A DNA stretch of 5,483 nt from the IMG/VR virus record IMGVR_UViG_3300039372_000053, one strand, 5' to 3'. Numbering within the stretch: the first letter of the stretch is position 1; each line of letters starts with the position of its first letter. Positions 1 through 5,290 of the stretch are shown one piece after another. This DNA is from a virus (Duplodnaviria > Heunggongvirae > Uroviricota > Caudoviricetes). The notes below the pieces were generated by a model. The model was not told the DNA's origin. It did no database searches and was given only the letters and a program-made list of their open reading frames with translations. A program made the position numbers and the translations under genes.

Positions 1-436
1 TGAGAGTATTGTCACGATGTTTACGCCCCAGCCATGGAGAAAGTTTTTTCAGGCAGGGAACATCCCGAATCGTCGCCTCCACGTGAGACTTCATAAAATC
101 TTCAGCGGCAGAATCCGTGGGCTGAAAAAGCAGACTGTTTCGGGATTTATGCTCAATAAAATACCCGACCACCCCCAGCAACATCTTTGTATAGCCAACA
201 CGGGCAGATTTAATCAGATTAACAGTCCGGATCTGATCATTCCCCATGCTGTTCATGATGGCGATCTGGAACGGCAGCGTTTTCCATTCTCCCTCACCAT
301 ATGAAGATTCTTTAGGCAGATAATAATTTTGATCAGCCCATTCAACTGGCGTCACCGGCAATGCCCTTATCAGGGGCTGTAATGCTGTTGTGACAGCACT
401 CATCATATTATTCAGTTGTTGCTCTGATATATTCAT
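1..436 (-). CDS. Terminase large subunit (lambda gpA-like), N-terminal ~145 codons only; the gene continues past the window start
   Basis: Not in the ORF track because it has no stop in the window. Reverse-complement translation from ATG at 436..434 gives MNISEQQLNNMMSAVTTALQPLIRALPVTPVEWADQNYYLPKESSYGEGEWKTLPFQIAIMNSMGNDQIRTVNLIKSARVGYTKMLLGVVGYFIEHK..., which aligns closely with the recalled N-terminus of lambda gpA (…VEWADANYYLPKESSYQEGRWETLPFQRAIMNAMGSDYIREVNVVKSARVGYSKMLLGVYAYFIEHK…). It overlaps the 3' end of the small subunit gene by 26 nt, as Nu1/A do in lambda. Confidence 0.9.
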   Translation of the reverse strand, partial: MNISEQQLNNMMSAVTTALQPLIRALPVTPVEWADQNYYLPKESSYGEGEWKTLPFQIAIMNSMGNDQIRTVNLIKSARVGYTKMLLGVVGYFIEHKSRNSLLFQPTDSAAEDFMKSHVEATIRDVPCLKKLSPWLGRKHRDNTL

Positions 437-917
437 CGAGTAAATCCGGTAATTTATCCCCCGCCCGCGCACACTGATTTGCCCCCTTCGCAATAAGGGT
501 TTTCAGATGGTCAAGATGGCGCGGTGTTAAATCAGGAAACTGTCGCTGCATGGATAAAGGGATGGAATCAAGCGTACTGGATAACGCCATTGCCAGCTTG
601 CTGAGAGCAAAAATACAGAACCCGGTATCAATAAGTTTTCCTTTTGACACCTCATTTTTTAACTGCTGTGTAACAGCCTGTTCTGCTGTCAGTTCCCATC
701 TGGCAATAAGCAATTTCTCCTCATAGTCGTCTTCGCTATCGCCATCAGGCACATCGTTTTTACTTCTTCTCAGATACGATATGTAAAAATCGCGCCAGGC
801 ATCCAGATCCAGTTGCCCTCGCTTATTCGATATCGGGGCACCCGGCAATTTCTGCAATCTGCGAAGCTGGCGATCGGTCAGACTTAAATGCCTGGCAACT
901 TCAGTCTGCGTAGCCAC
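408..917 (-). CDS. Terminase small subunit (lambda Nu1-like), 169 aa, GTG start
   Basis: The C-terminal half (…DTGFCIFALSKLAMALSSTLDSIPLSMQRQFPDLTPRHLDHLK…LPDLLDEYIRATTE) aligns with recalled lambda Nu1 (…ETAFCTFVLSRIAGEIASILDGLPLSVQRRFPELENRHVDFLK…IPGLLSEYIEQSG). The N-terminal DNA-binding part is diverged. The first in-frame start after a TGA is GTG at 917..915, preceded by GAGGTGAGGA. The gene sits next to cos and upstream of the large subunit. Confidence 0.9.
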   Translation of the reverse strand: MATQTEVARHLSLTDRQLRRLQKLPGAPISNKRGQLDLDAWRDFYISYLRRSKNDVPDGDSEDDYEEKLLIARWELTAEQAVTQQLKNEVSKGKLIDTGFCIFALSKLAMALSSTLDSIPLSMQRQFPDLTPRHLDHLKTLIAKGANQCARAGDKLPDLLDEYIRATTE

Positions 918-1100
918 TCCTCACCTCGCAAAAACTCTCACTTCACAATCACAACAAAACCGGTCATGTCCGGCTTACATGTCTATTTTTTGTGCATGCC
1001 CGGTTCACAGAAGACCTCTTTTTTTATTTTTCATATAGTTAACTTGAAGAGAAACCGGACATGGTTCCCGGAAAATTTTCATAAATAGCGAAAACCCGCG
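918..1100. promoter_or_regulatory. cosB-like region: candidate terminase small-subunit binding elements and an AT-rich bend segment between cosN and the small-subunit gene
   Basis: Repeated 9-bp motif CCGGACATG in both orientations: 960..973 is the near-palindrome ccggtcatgtccgg, 995..1003 is catgcccgg, and 1055..1064 is ccggacatgg. An A/T-rich stretch lies at about 1017..1048. The position corresponds to lambda cosB (R3-I1-R2-R1), but the repeat sequence differs from the lambda R consensus. Confidence 0.5.
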
Positions 1101-1112
1101 AGGTCGCCGCCC
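1101..1112. other. cosN cohesive-end sequence (12-nt overhang segment, lambda-identical)
   Basis: The plus strand reads aggtcgccgccc, whose reverse complement is GGGCGGCGACCT, the lambda cohesive end. The reverse complement of 1068..1112 reproduces about the first 45 nt of the lambda left end as recalled (GGGCGGCGACCTCGCGGGTTTTCGCTATTTATGAAAATTTTCCGG). The plus strand from 1113 (cgtaacctgtcggatcgccggaaaggacc) matches the reverse complement of the lambda right end with one or two substitutions. Confidence 0.88.
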
Positions 1113-1148
1113 CGTAACCTGTCGGATCGCCGGAAAGGACCCGCAAAA

Positions 1149-1163
1149 TGATAATAATTATCA
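1149..1163. promoter_or_regulatory. 15-bp inverted repeat TGATAAT-a-ATTATCA (operator-like site) between cos and the YlcI-like gene
   Basis: Perfect 7-bp arms (tgataat / attatca) around a single central base. A near-identical element (TGATAATGATTATCA) is recalled at the equivalent position of the lambda right end. No binding factor can be assigned from sequence alone. Confidence 0.4.
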
Positions 1164-1311
1164 TCTATATGTCACAACGTGCATCTACGCCATCAAACCA
1201 CGTCAAATAATCAATTATGACGCAGGTATCGTATTAATTGATCTGCATCAACTTAACGTAAAAACAACTTCAGACAATACAAATCAGCGACACTGAATAC
1301 GGGGCAACCTC

Positions 1312-1545
1312 ATGTCAACGAAGAACAAAACCCGCAGAACAACAACCCGCAACATCCGCTTTCCTAACCAAATGATTGAACAAAGTAACATCGCTCTTGA
1401 TCAAAAAGGGTCCGGGAATTTCTCAGCCTGGGTCATTGAAGCCTGCCGCCGGAGACTGTGCTCAGAAAAAAGAGTTTCTCCTGAAGCAAACAAAGAAAAG
1501 AGTGACATTACTGAATTGCTCAGAAAACAGGTCAGACCAGATTGA
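1312..1545 (+). CDS. Small phage protein, DUF3950 / YlcI-like (77 aa)
   Basis: The N-terminus MSTKNKTRRTTTRNIRFPNQMIEQSNIALDQKGSGNFSAWVIEACRRRL matches my recollection of YlcI-type proteins from E. coli lambdoid prophages (DLP12) and of the unannotated ORF at the lambda right end. It is divergent from the terminase genes, as in DLP12. The Shine-Dalgarno is weak (acgggg). Confidence 0.7.
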   Translation: MSTKNKTRRTTTRNIRFPNQMIEQSNIALDQKGSGNFSAWVIEACRRRLCSEKRVSPEANKEKSDITELLRKQVRPD

Positions 1546-1602
1546 AGCAATTTAGATAATCGTGCAGACTACGCCCCCTCATATCACATGGAAGGTTTAT
1601 CT

Positions 1603-2013
1603 ATGGATCAGGTAGTCATTTTTAAACAAATATTTGATAAAGTTCGAAACGATTTAAACTATCAATGGTTTTATTCTGAGCTAAAACGTCACAATGTCTC
1701 ACATTACATTTACTATTTAGCCACAGAGAATGTTCATATTGTATTAAAAAATGATAATACAGTGTTATTAAAGGGCCTAAAAAACATTGTGTCTGTCAAA
1801 TTTTCAAAGGATAGGCATCTTATAGAAACGACCTCTAATAAGCTGAAATCCAGAGAGATCACATTTCAGGAATACAGAAGAAACCTTGCTAAAGCAGGAG
1901 TTTTTCGGTGGGTTACAAATATCCACGAACAAAAAAGATATTACTATACCTTTGATAATTCATTACTCTTTACTGAAAACATACAGAGCACATCACAAAT
2001 GTTTCCACACTAA
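1603..2013 (+). CDS. AT-rich hypothetical protein, 136 aa (moron); possibly DUF1398 / YbcV-YdfO-like by size and position
   Basis: Clean ORF. The track start at 1588 is probably too early: GGAAGG at 1590..1595 lies 7 nt upstream of ATG 1603, giving 136 aa. The product is rich in K/N/Y/F/I. G+C is visibly much lower than the flanks (about one third versus about half, estimated by eye). It sits between the lysis genes and cos on the strand opposite the late operon, where DLP12/Qin carry DUF1398 genes (from memory). Family membership is not verified. Confidence 0.65.
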   Translation: MDQVVIFKQIFDKVRNDLNYQWFYSELKRHNVSHYIYYLATENVHIVLKNDNTVLLKGLKNIVSVKFSKDRHLIETTSNKLKSREITFQEYRRNLAKAGVFRWVTNIHEQKRYYYTFDNSLLFTENIQSTSQMFPH

Positions 2014-2315
2014 ACCATAACGTCCGGTTTCTTCTACCCCTGCACCGGACTGGCTGACATGAAGAGCAACCCCGCGTTCAGTTGACGCGTTAATAACCCG
2101 GTGTGCATCGTTTTTGATTATTCCCGCACACTCACGCAGAAGGAATTCCCCGTCGGGCTACGGTCATGGTTAATGCGGGAATACGGCGACGATACAGCGC
2201 ATGATGTGTCAGGCTTGAATACCTTTATCCGTTAAAAGGGATATCAGTTAAGTTATCCCGTGCAGGGTATAAGCCATTATCAATCCCCCCGTAGATAGGC
2301 TTTGTAATGACATCT

Positions 2316-2831
2316 TCAATTAATCAGCAGTTCAGGCTGTGTCACCTGCAAGATGTATTCATGCTCGACAGCCAGGACACGCTTCTCTTTCTTCCGTTCG
2401 TTCATTAACCGACTGCCGATCGTACCTTTCAGCTTTGAGCGTGTTTCTTTGGTGGCGTAGCGGTGCTGCATTTCTTCGCCAATTGCCATGCGGCGGCTCA
2501 GTTGCTCTGCCATCCAGTTGAATGCTGCGATATAGCTCTCCTTGATTGCCGCAGCAGCTTTCCCGGTGAACCCCATCACAACCATGATCCAGCCATCTTT
2601 CGTCAGGCTGTACATCGGGCGAACCTTGCCCTGCTCATCGATATAATCAGCCGACGCAAAATTGCGTTGGCTAAACTCACGCGAGCAATCAGCCTTAACC
2701 TGCTCGATTTTCCTGAGAACATCACCGTGTCGCTTGCCGAAGTACTTGGCAATTTTTCTGGATGTGGTAACGACCTCTCCGTTTTTGGCTTGCACCATTT
2801 CTCGGAAGTCGAAGGCTGGAATAACTGAATG
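2316..2831 (-). CDS. Rha-family phage regulatory protein (Phage_pRha domain); 5' end interrupted by the assembly gap
   Basis: The translation contains the signature N-terminal region …GEVVTTSRKIAKYFGKRHGDVLRKIEQV…, typical of Rha proteins. The track starts at Met 2798, but the frame stays open upstream to the N-run (…HSVIPAFDFRE-MVQAKNGE…), so the true N-terminus probably lies in or beyond the gap. Confidence 0.8.
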   Translation of the reverse strand, partial: HSVIPAFDFREMVQAKNGEVVTTSRKIAKYFGKRHGDVLRKIEQVKADCSREFSQRNFASADYIDEQGKVRPMYSLTKDGWIMVVMGFTGKAAAAIKESYIAAFNWMAEQLSRRMAIGEEMQHRYATKETRSKLKGTIGSRLMNERKKEKRVLAVEHEYILQVTQPELLIN

Positions 2832-2841
2832 NNNNNNNNNN
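2832..2841. other. Assembly gap (run of 10 N)
   Basis: Ten consecutive n characters. The length is not a multiple of three and is probably arbitrary, so contiguity and frame across this point are unknown. Confidence 0.99.
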
Positions 2842-3183
2842 AGCGTCTTTACCTTTTAGAAAGTGAGCCTGTCTCACAGAAAAGCCGCCCGAGAGAGGTC
2901 GCCACCTATAACGGCATTTCTCAGGCTCGCTTACTGAAAGGCTCTCGTTAATATGCGCGTGAGATGCGCTGTGAAATTCAGATATAAAAAGCCCCGCGAA
3001 TGCGAGGCTAAATCCTGGTATTTGTAATGAACTGGCTCTTATCTCAACGCAGCCCCTTACTGCGCGCCAGATGCTCAATATCAAGCATCAGCAATGAGAT
3101 GTTTAATCTGGATTTACTCCAGAAGTGATCACCACCCTGTCTACAGAGCCAGATGTGAAGGATGATGAGTAAAATTATTGCTA

Positions 3184-3651
3184 TCATCGAAGGCATTGCG
3201 TCCTAATGTATTCCTGAAGCGTTCTCAGTGCTGTTTGGTCGCGGATAATTCCGTCCCGGATATCGAGAACGTTTCGTCCAGCAACTGGAGAGAGTTCGAC
3301 GGTGGCATCATTGCCCATGCCGGAGGCGCTGGAGGTTTCGGCTGAGGATGGCACAGGGCATTTTCCTTTGACGAGCACCCTGCCACCATTATCAAGCTTC
3401 CGCAGAAGAGCATCATTTTCAGCTTTCGCATCAGCTAACTCCTTCGTGTATTTTGCATCGAGCGCAGCAACATCACGCTGACGCATCTGCATGTCAGTAA
3501 TTGCCGCGTTCGCCAGCTTCAGTTCTCTGACATTTTTGTCGCGCTGGGCTTTGTAGGTAATGGCGTTATCGCGGTAATGATTAACAGCCCATGACAGGCA
3601 GACGATGGTGCAGATAACCAGAGTATAAATAATCGCTGCGACTCTGCTCAC
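3184..3651 (-). CDS. Rz: Rz i-spanin (inner-membrane spanin subunit), start GTG at 3651..3649
   Basis: From the GTG the protein reads [40 protein letters not shown]…[30 protein letters not shown]…, near-identical in its N-terminal two thirds to recalled lambda Rz ([82 protein letters not shown]…). The track start (TTG at 3666) is 5 codons too long. GTG overlaps the endolysin TGA stop (GTGA), and GGGGGA lies 7 nt upstream. Confidence 0.9.
   Translation of the reverse strand: MSRVAAIIYTLVICTIVCLSWAVNHYRDNAITYKAQRDKNVRELKLANAAITDMQMRQRDVAALDAKYTKELADAKAENDALLRKLDNGGRVLVKGKCPVPSSAETSSASGMGNDATVELSPVAGRNVLDIRDGIIRDQTALRTLQEYIRTQCLR
3225..3431 (-). CDS. Rz1: Rz1 o-spanin (outer-membrane lipoprotein), embedded in the +1 frame of Rz
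   Basis: [21 protein letters not shown]… has a lipoprotein signal and lipobox (VAGC), followed by a proline-rich mature part ([11 protein letters not shown]). This matches recalled lambda Rz1 (MLKLKMMLCVMMLPLVVVGC…PPPPPAW). It is fully embedded in Rz, and GAAGGAG lies 7 nt upstream of the ATG. Confidence 0.85.
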   Translation of the reverse strand: MRKLKMMLFCGSLIMVAGCSSKENALCHPQPKPPAPPAWAMMPPSNSLQLLDETFSISGTELSATKQH

Positions 3652-4181
3652 TGATCTATCCCCCAACAGGCTAATGCGCTTTCCTGGTCACGACGAATAA
3701 CCTGTCCATAGCAGTTATTTGAACGTATGCGGCAATCGCGCCCACCATCTTTTATCCACCAGCGAATCGCCTCGCATGCGCCCTTACGATCACCGGCATT
3801 CAGCCGCTTATAAAACGTCGACGGGAAACACTTACCGGGGCCAATGTTATAGGGACAGAATGACGCTATACCCGCTTTCTGTGGTTCGGTCAGTGGTACT
3901 TTAATATTGCGCTCCACCCATGCCAGCGCCTTATCACGTTCAATAGCGTTAACCTGGTCGCATTTTTCCTTCGACAGCCTCATTCCCGGTATGACGGGCT
4001 TACCATCCACCATTGTGGCACCACGACAGATGGTCCATATACCGGAACCATCGCGGTATGCCGTTGTGTGGTTACCTTCTTTTTCATCCAGAAACTGGTC
4101 GAGAATATCAGGCGCAGGCGCACCGACGGCAATCAGTGCCAGAACGGCAGCCGACAGGCCGTATCTGATTTTTGCGTTCAT
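3648..4181 (-). CDS. SAR endolysin (T4-type lysozyme, glycoside hydrolase family 24) with N-terminal signal-anchor-release domain, 177 aa
   Basis: The N-terminus [27 protein letters not shown] is a Gly/Ala-rich weakly hydrophobic segment typical of SAR domains. It is followed by the lysozyme catalytic region [20 protein letters not shown]. The organisation resembles phage 21 R and E. coli prophage lysozymes (RrrD/RrrQ type). It lies between the holin and Rz. Confidence 0.9.
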   Translation of the reverse strand: MNAKIRYGLSAAVLALIAVGAPAPDILDQFLDEKEGNHTTAYRDGSGIWTICRGATMVDGKPVIPGMRLSKEKCDQVNAIERDKALAWVERNIKVPLTEPQKAGIASFCPYNIGPGKCFPSTFYKRLNAGDRKGACEAIRWWIKDGGRDCRIRSNNCYGQVIRRDQESALACWGIDQ

Positions 4182-4286
4182 GGATATTTATCAGGATTTA
4201 TCGGTTTCTGAACCCTGGATATGTTTATCTGTCCCGGCCTGTTGAATCAGGCAAGGAATAGTTAAATACAATAGAGAGGATTGTTT

Positions 4287-4559
4287 ATGGACAATAGCAC
4301 CATTTCTCTACAGGAGTTGCTCGACTGCATTTCCAAGCTTCGGGATGATGTAAATGCCCTTACTGTCGCATTTTCATATCTGGCATTCTCAATTCCCAAG
4401 GAACAAATGCAACCAACACTGGCATCGCTCCAGCTTGAATCACTCAACCCCAAATGGTCCCAGCAACAACAAAATTCTTTCAAGTGGCTGGCGGTATTAC
4501 TGGAAGAAAAATATGCTGGTGAAATTACCATTTCGGCGGAGTCTTCAGTGAACCAGTAA
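4287..4559 (+). CDS. Candidate small protein (90 aa) antisense to the late/lysis operon; function unknown
   Basis: ATG at 4287 is preceded by AGAGAGGA (4272..4279) with a 7-nt spacer. The track's TTG start at 4281 is less likely. The translation MDNSTISLQELLDCISKLRDDVNALTVAFSYLAFSIPKEQMQ…WLAVLLEEKYAGEITISAESSVNQ has ordinary helical-protein composition, whereas the competing minus-strand frame is Cys/Ser-rich with rare codons. A weak hairpin plus T4 follows at 4602..4628. Its 3' end overlaps the convergent ORF 4525..4869 by 35 nt. No homolog is recognised. Confidence 0.4.
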   Translation: MDNSTISLQELLDCISKLRDDVNALTVAFSYLAFSIPKEQMQPTLASLQLESLNPKWSQQQQNSFKWLAVLLEEKYAGEITISAESSVNQ

Positions 4560-4869
4560 TTCTTCCCGGCAGTTTTCCTTTGTAGGTTATCCACACACCC
4601 TGCGCCTCTAAAATTATGGGGCGCTTTTCCGGTGACTGCTCATCCCCTTCACATAACCCGGCAGCAACATCCAGGAAGACCTGTCTGATGCTCCTTCTGG
4701 CTGCTGCCTCATAAAACCCCAGCGCGGCACCTTCAACACGGTCCAGCGAGATGTCCAGGTCAAAAATTTCACCGTCAAAGCGTTTTTTGTCCCGTAACGC
4801 TAAAGTTACCGTAACTTTATTCTCAAAATTGCGGATCCCTTTCACAATCAGTTCATAGTTTTGAATCAT
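4525..4869 (-). CDS. Hypothetical protein (114 aa) translationally coupled to the holin; possibly DUF1327 / YdfR-like by size and position
   Basis: ATG at 4869 lies 4 nt after the holin TAA stop (4876..4874). GGGGAGAG lies 7 nt upstream, inside the holin 3' end. The protein is soluble-looking and acidic (MIQNYELIVKGIRNFENKVTVTLALRDKKRFDGEIFDLD…). From memory, the Qin prophage has a DUF1327 gene (ydfR) between its holin and lysozyme; sequence identity is not verified. Confidence 0.7.
   Translation of the reverse strand: MIQNYELIVKGIRNFENKVTVTLALRDKKRFDGEIFDLDISLDRVEGAALGFYEAAARRSIRQVFLDVAAGLCEGDEQSPEKRPIILEAQGVWITYKGKLPGRITGSLKTPPKW
4602..4628 (+). terminator. Weak candidate terminator downstream of the antisense ORF
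   Basis: 5-bp stem gcgcc (4602..4606) pairs with ggcgc (4620..4624) around a 13-nt loop, followed by tttt (4625..4628). The stem is short and the loop long, so this is marginal. Confidence 0.25.
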
Positions 4870-4873
4870 TGAA

Positions 4874-5089
4874 TTACTCTCCCCGCGCAGCCTTACGACG
4901 GTCCTCTCTGATTTTGAAATACAGGTTAGTCAGATATGTCAGGAAGCCCAGAACCAGACTCCCCAGTACACCAATCGCAGCCCACTGTGACGGACTGACC
5001 TGATCAAGCCACTGTAAAAACCAGTAGCCAGCACTGCCTGCGGAGGTGCCGTAGGCAATGCCCGTTGAAATTTTATCCATGGATTTCAT
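4874..5089 (-). CDS. Class II holin, phage 21 S21-type pinholin (71 aa) with dual-start motif
   Basis: [71 protein letters not shown] matches recalled S21 / EssD. It has two transmembrane segments, and Met1-Lys-Ser-Met4 gives the antiholin/holin dual start. GGAGGTGAGG lies immediately upstream. The track's extension to 5188 is an open-frame artefact. Confidence 0.9.
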   Translation of the reverse strand: MKSMDKISTGIAYGTSAGSAGYWFLQWLDQVSPSQWAAIGVLGSLVLGFLTYLTNLYFKIREDRRKAARGE

Positions 5090-5226
5090 AGCCTCACCTC
5101 CGCAGCGAACGGATGGCGTAGTTATAAGGGGAGCGAAAAAGAAAGAATGCGCGATTGCGCAATATGGTAACGTCAGGGTATTATCCACTGGCTGAATAGA
5201 TCACTTCACGTTTTTTGTTCCTTGCC

Positions 5227-5254
5227 GCCCGTATCCATATGCGGGCTTTTTTTT
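5227..5254 (+). terminator. Rho-independent terminator (plus strand): 8-bp stem, 4-nt loop, T8 tract
   Basis: gcccgtat (5227..5234) pairs with atgcgggc (5239..5246) around loop ccat, including one G-U pair. It is followed by tttttttt (5247..5254). Confidence 0.6.
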
Positions 5255-5260
5255 GCATGT

Positions 5261-5290
5261 AAAAAGGCCCCAACACATGTGCGTGGGGCC
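5261..5290 (-). terminator. Rho-independent terminator (minus strand), candidate late-operon tR'-like terminator upstream of the holin
   Basis: GC-rich stem ggcccca (5266..5272) pairs with tggggcc (5284..5290) around an 11-nt loop. On the minus strand it is followed by TTTTT (5265..5261). It lies about 170 bp upstream of the holin start in the direction of late transcription. Confidence 0.55.

Noticed and set aside
17-304. 95-aa plus-strand ORF
   Set aside because: It lies entirely antisense to the terminase large-subunit coding sequence, which has a clear lambda gpA-like translation. It is a shadow ORF.
888-1088. 66-aa plus-strand ORF
   Set aside because: It overlaps the small-subunit start and the cosB region. 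It has no Shine-Dalgarno, low-complexity translation and runs through terminase-binding repeats, so it is non-coding.
2339-2859. Three overlapping plus-strand ORFs (2339..2521, 2463..2828, 2662..2859)
   Set aside because: All are antisense to the Rha gene. One runs into the N gap. Their translations are Cys/His/Arg-rich and not protein-like.
2885-2904. cos-like fragment gccgcccgagagaggtcgcc
   Set aside because: It shares only short GC-rich words with cosN in a rearranged order and lacks the flanking cosB/cosQ context. It is most likely coincidental; it is noted in the findings for completeness.
2722-3084. 120-aa minus-strand ORF spanning the N-run
   Set aside because: It crosses the assembly gap in a frame different from Rha. 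Its composition is Arg/Cys/Trp-rich and it has no Shine-Dalgarno. It is an artefact of treating N as a codable base.
3719-4245. Plus-strand ORFs 3719..3904 and 3907..4245
   Set aside because: They are antisense to the well-supported SAR endolysin gene, with no ribosome-binding sites and atypical composition.
4354-4551. 65-aa plus-strand ORF
   Set aside because: It is an alternative frame nested inside the preferred 4287..4559 ORF, with no Shine-Dalgarno and a His/Trp/Ser-rich translation.
4262-4594. 110-aa minus-strand ORF co-directional with the late operon
   Set aside because: It has a GTG start inside the neighbouring gene without a Shine-Dalgarno. The translation is Cys/Ser-rich and uses several rare codons (AGA, AGG, CGA, ATA, CTA). 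The plus-strand ORF 4287..4559 looks more protein-like. Not fully excluded: an internal ATG at 4531..4529 overlaps the stop of the upstream gene in a coupling-like arrangement.
5090-5188. Upstream extension of the holin ORF to ATG 5188
   Set aside because: The conserved pinholin begins at MKSMDK (5089), with a strong Shine-Dalgarno directly upstream. The 33-codon extension is an open frame over the leader.
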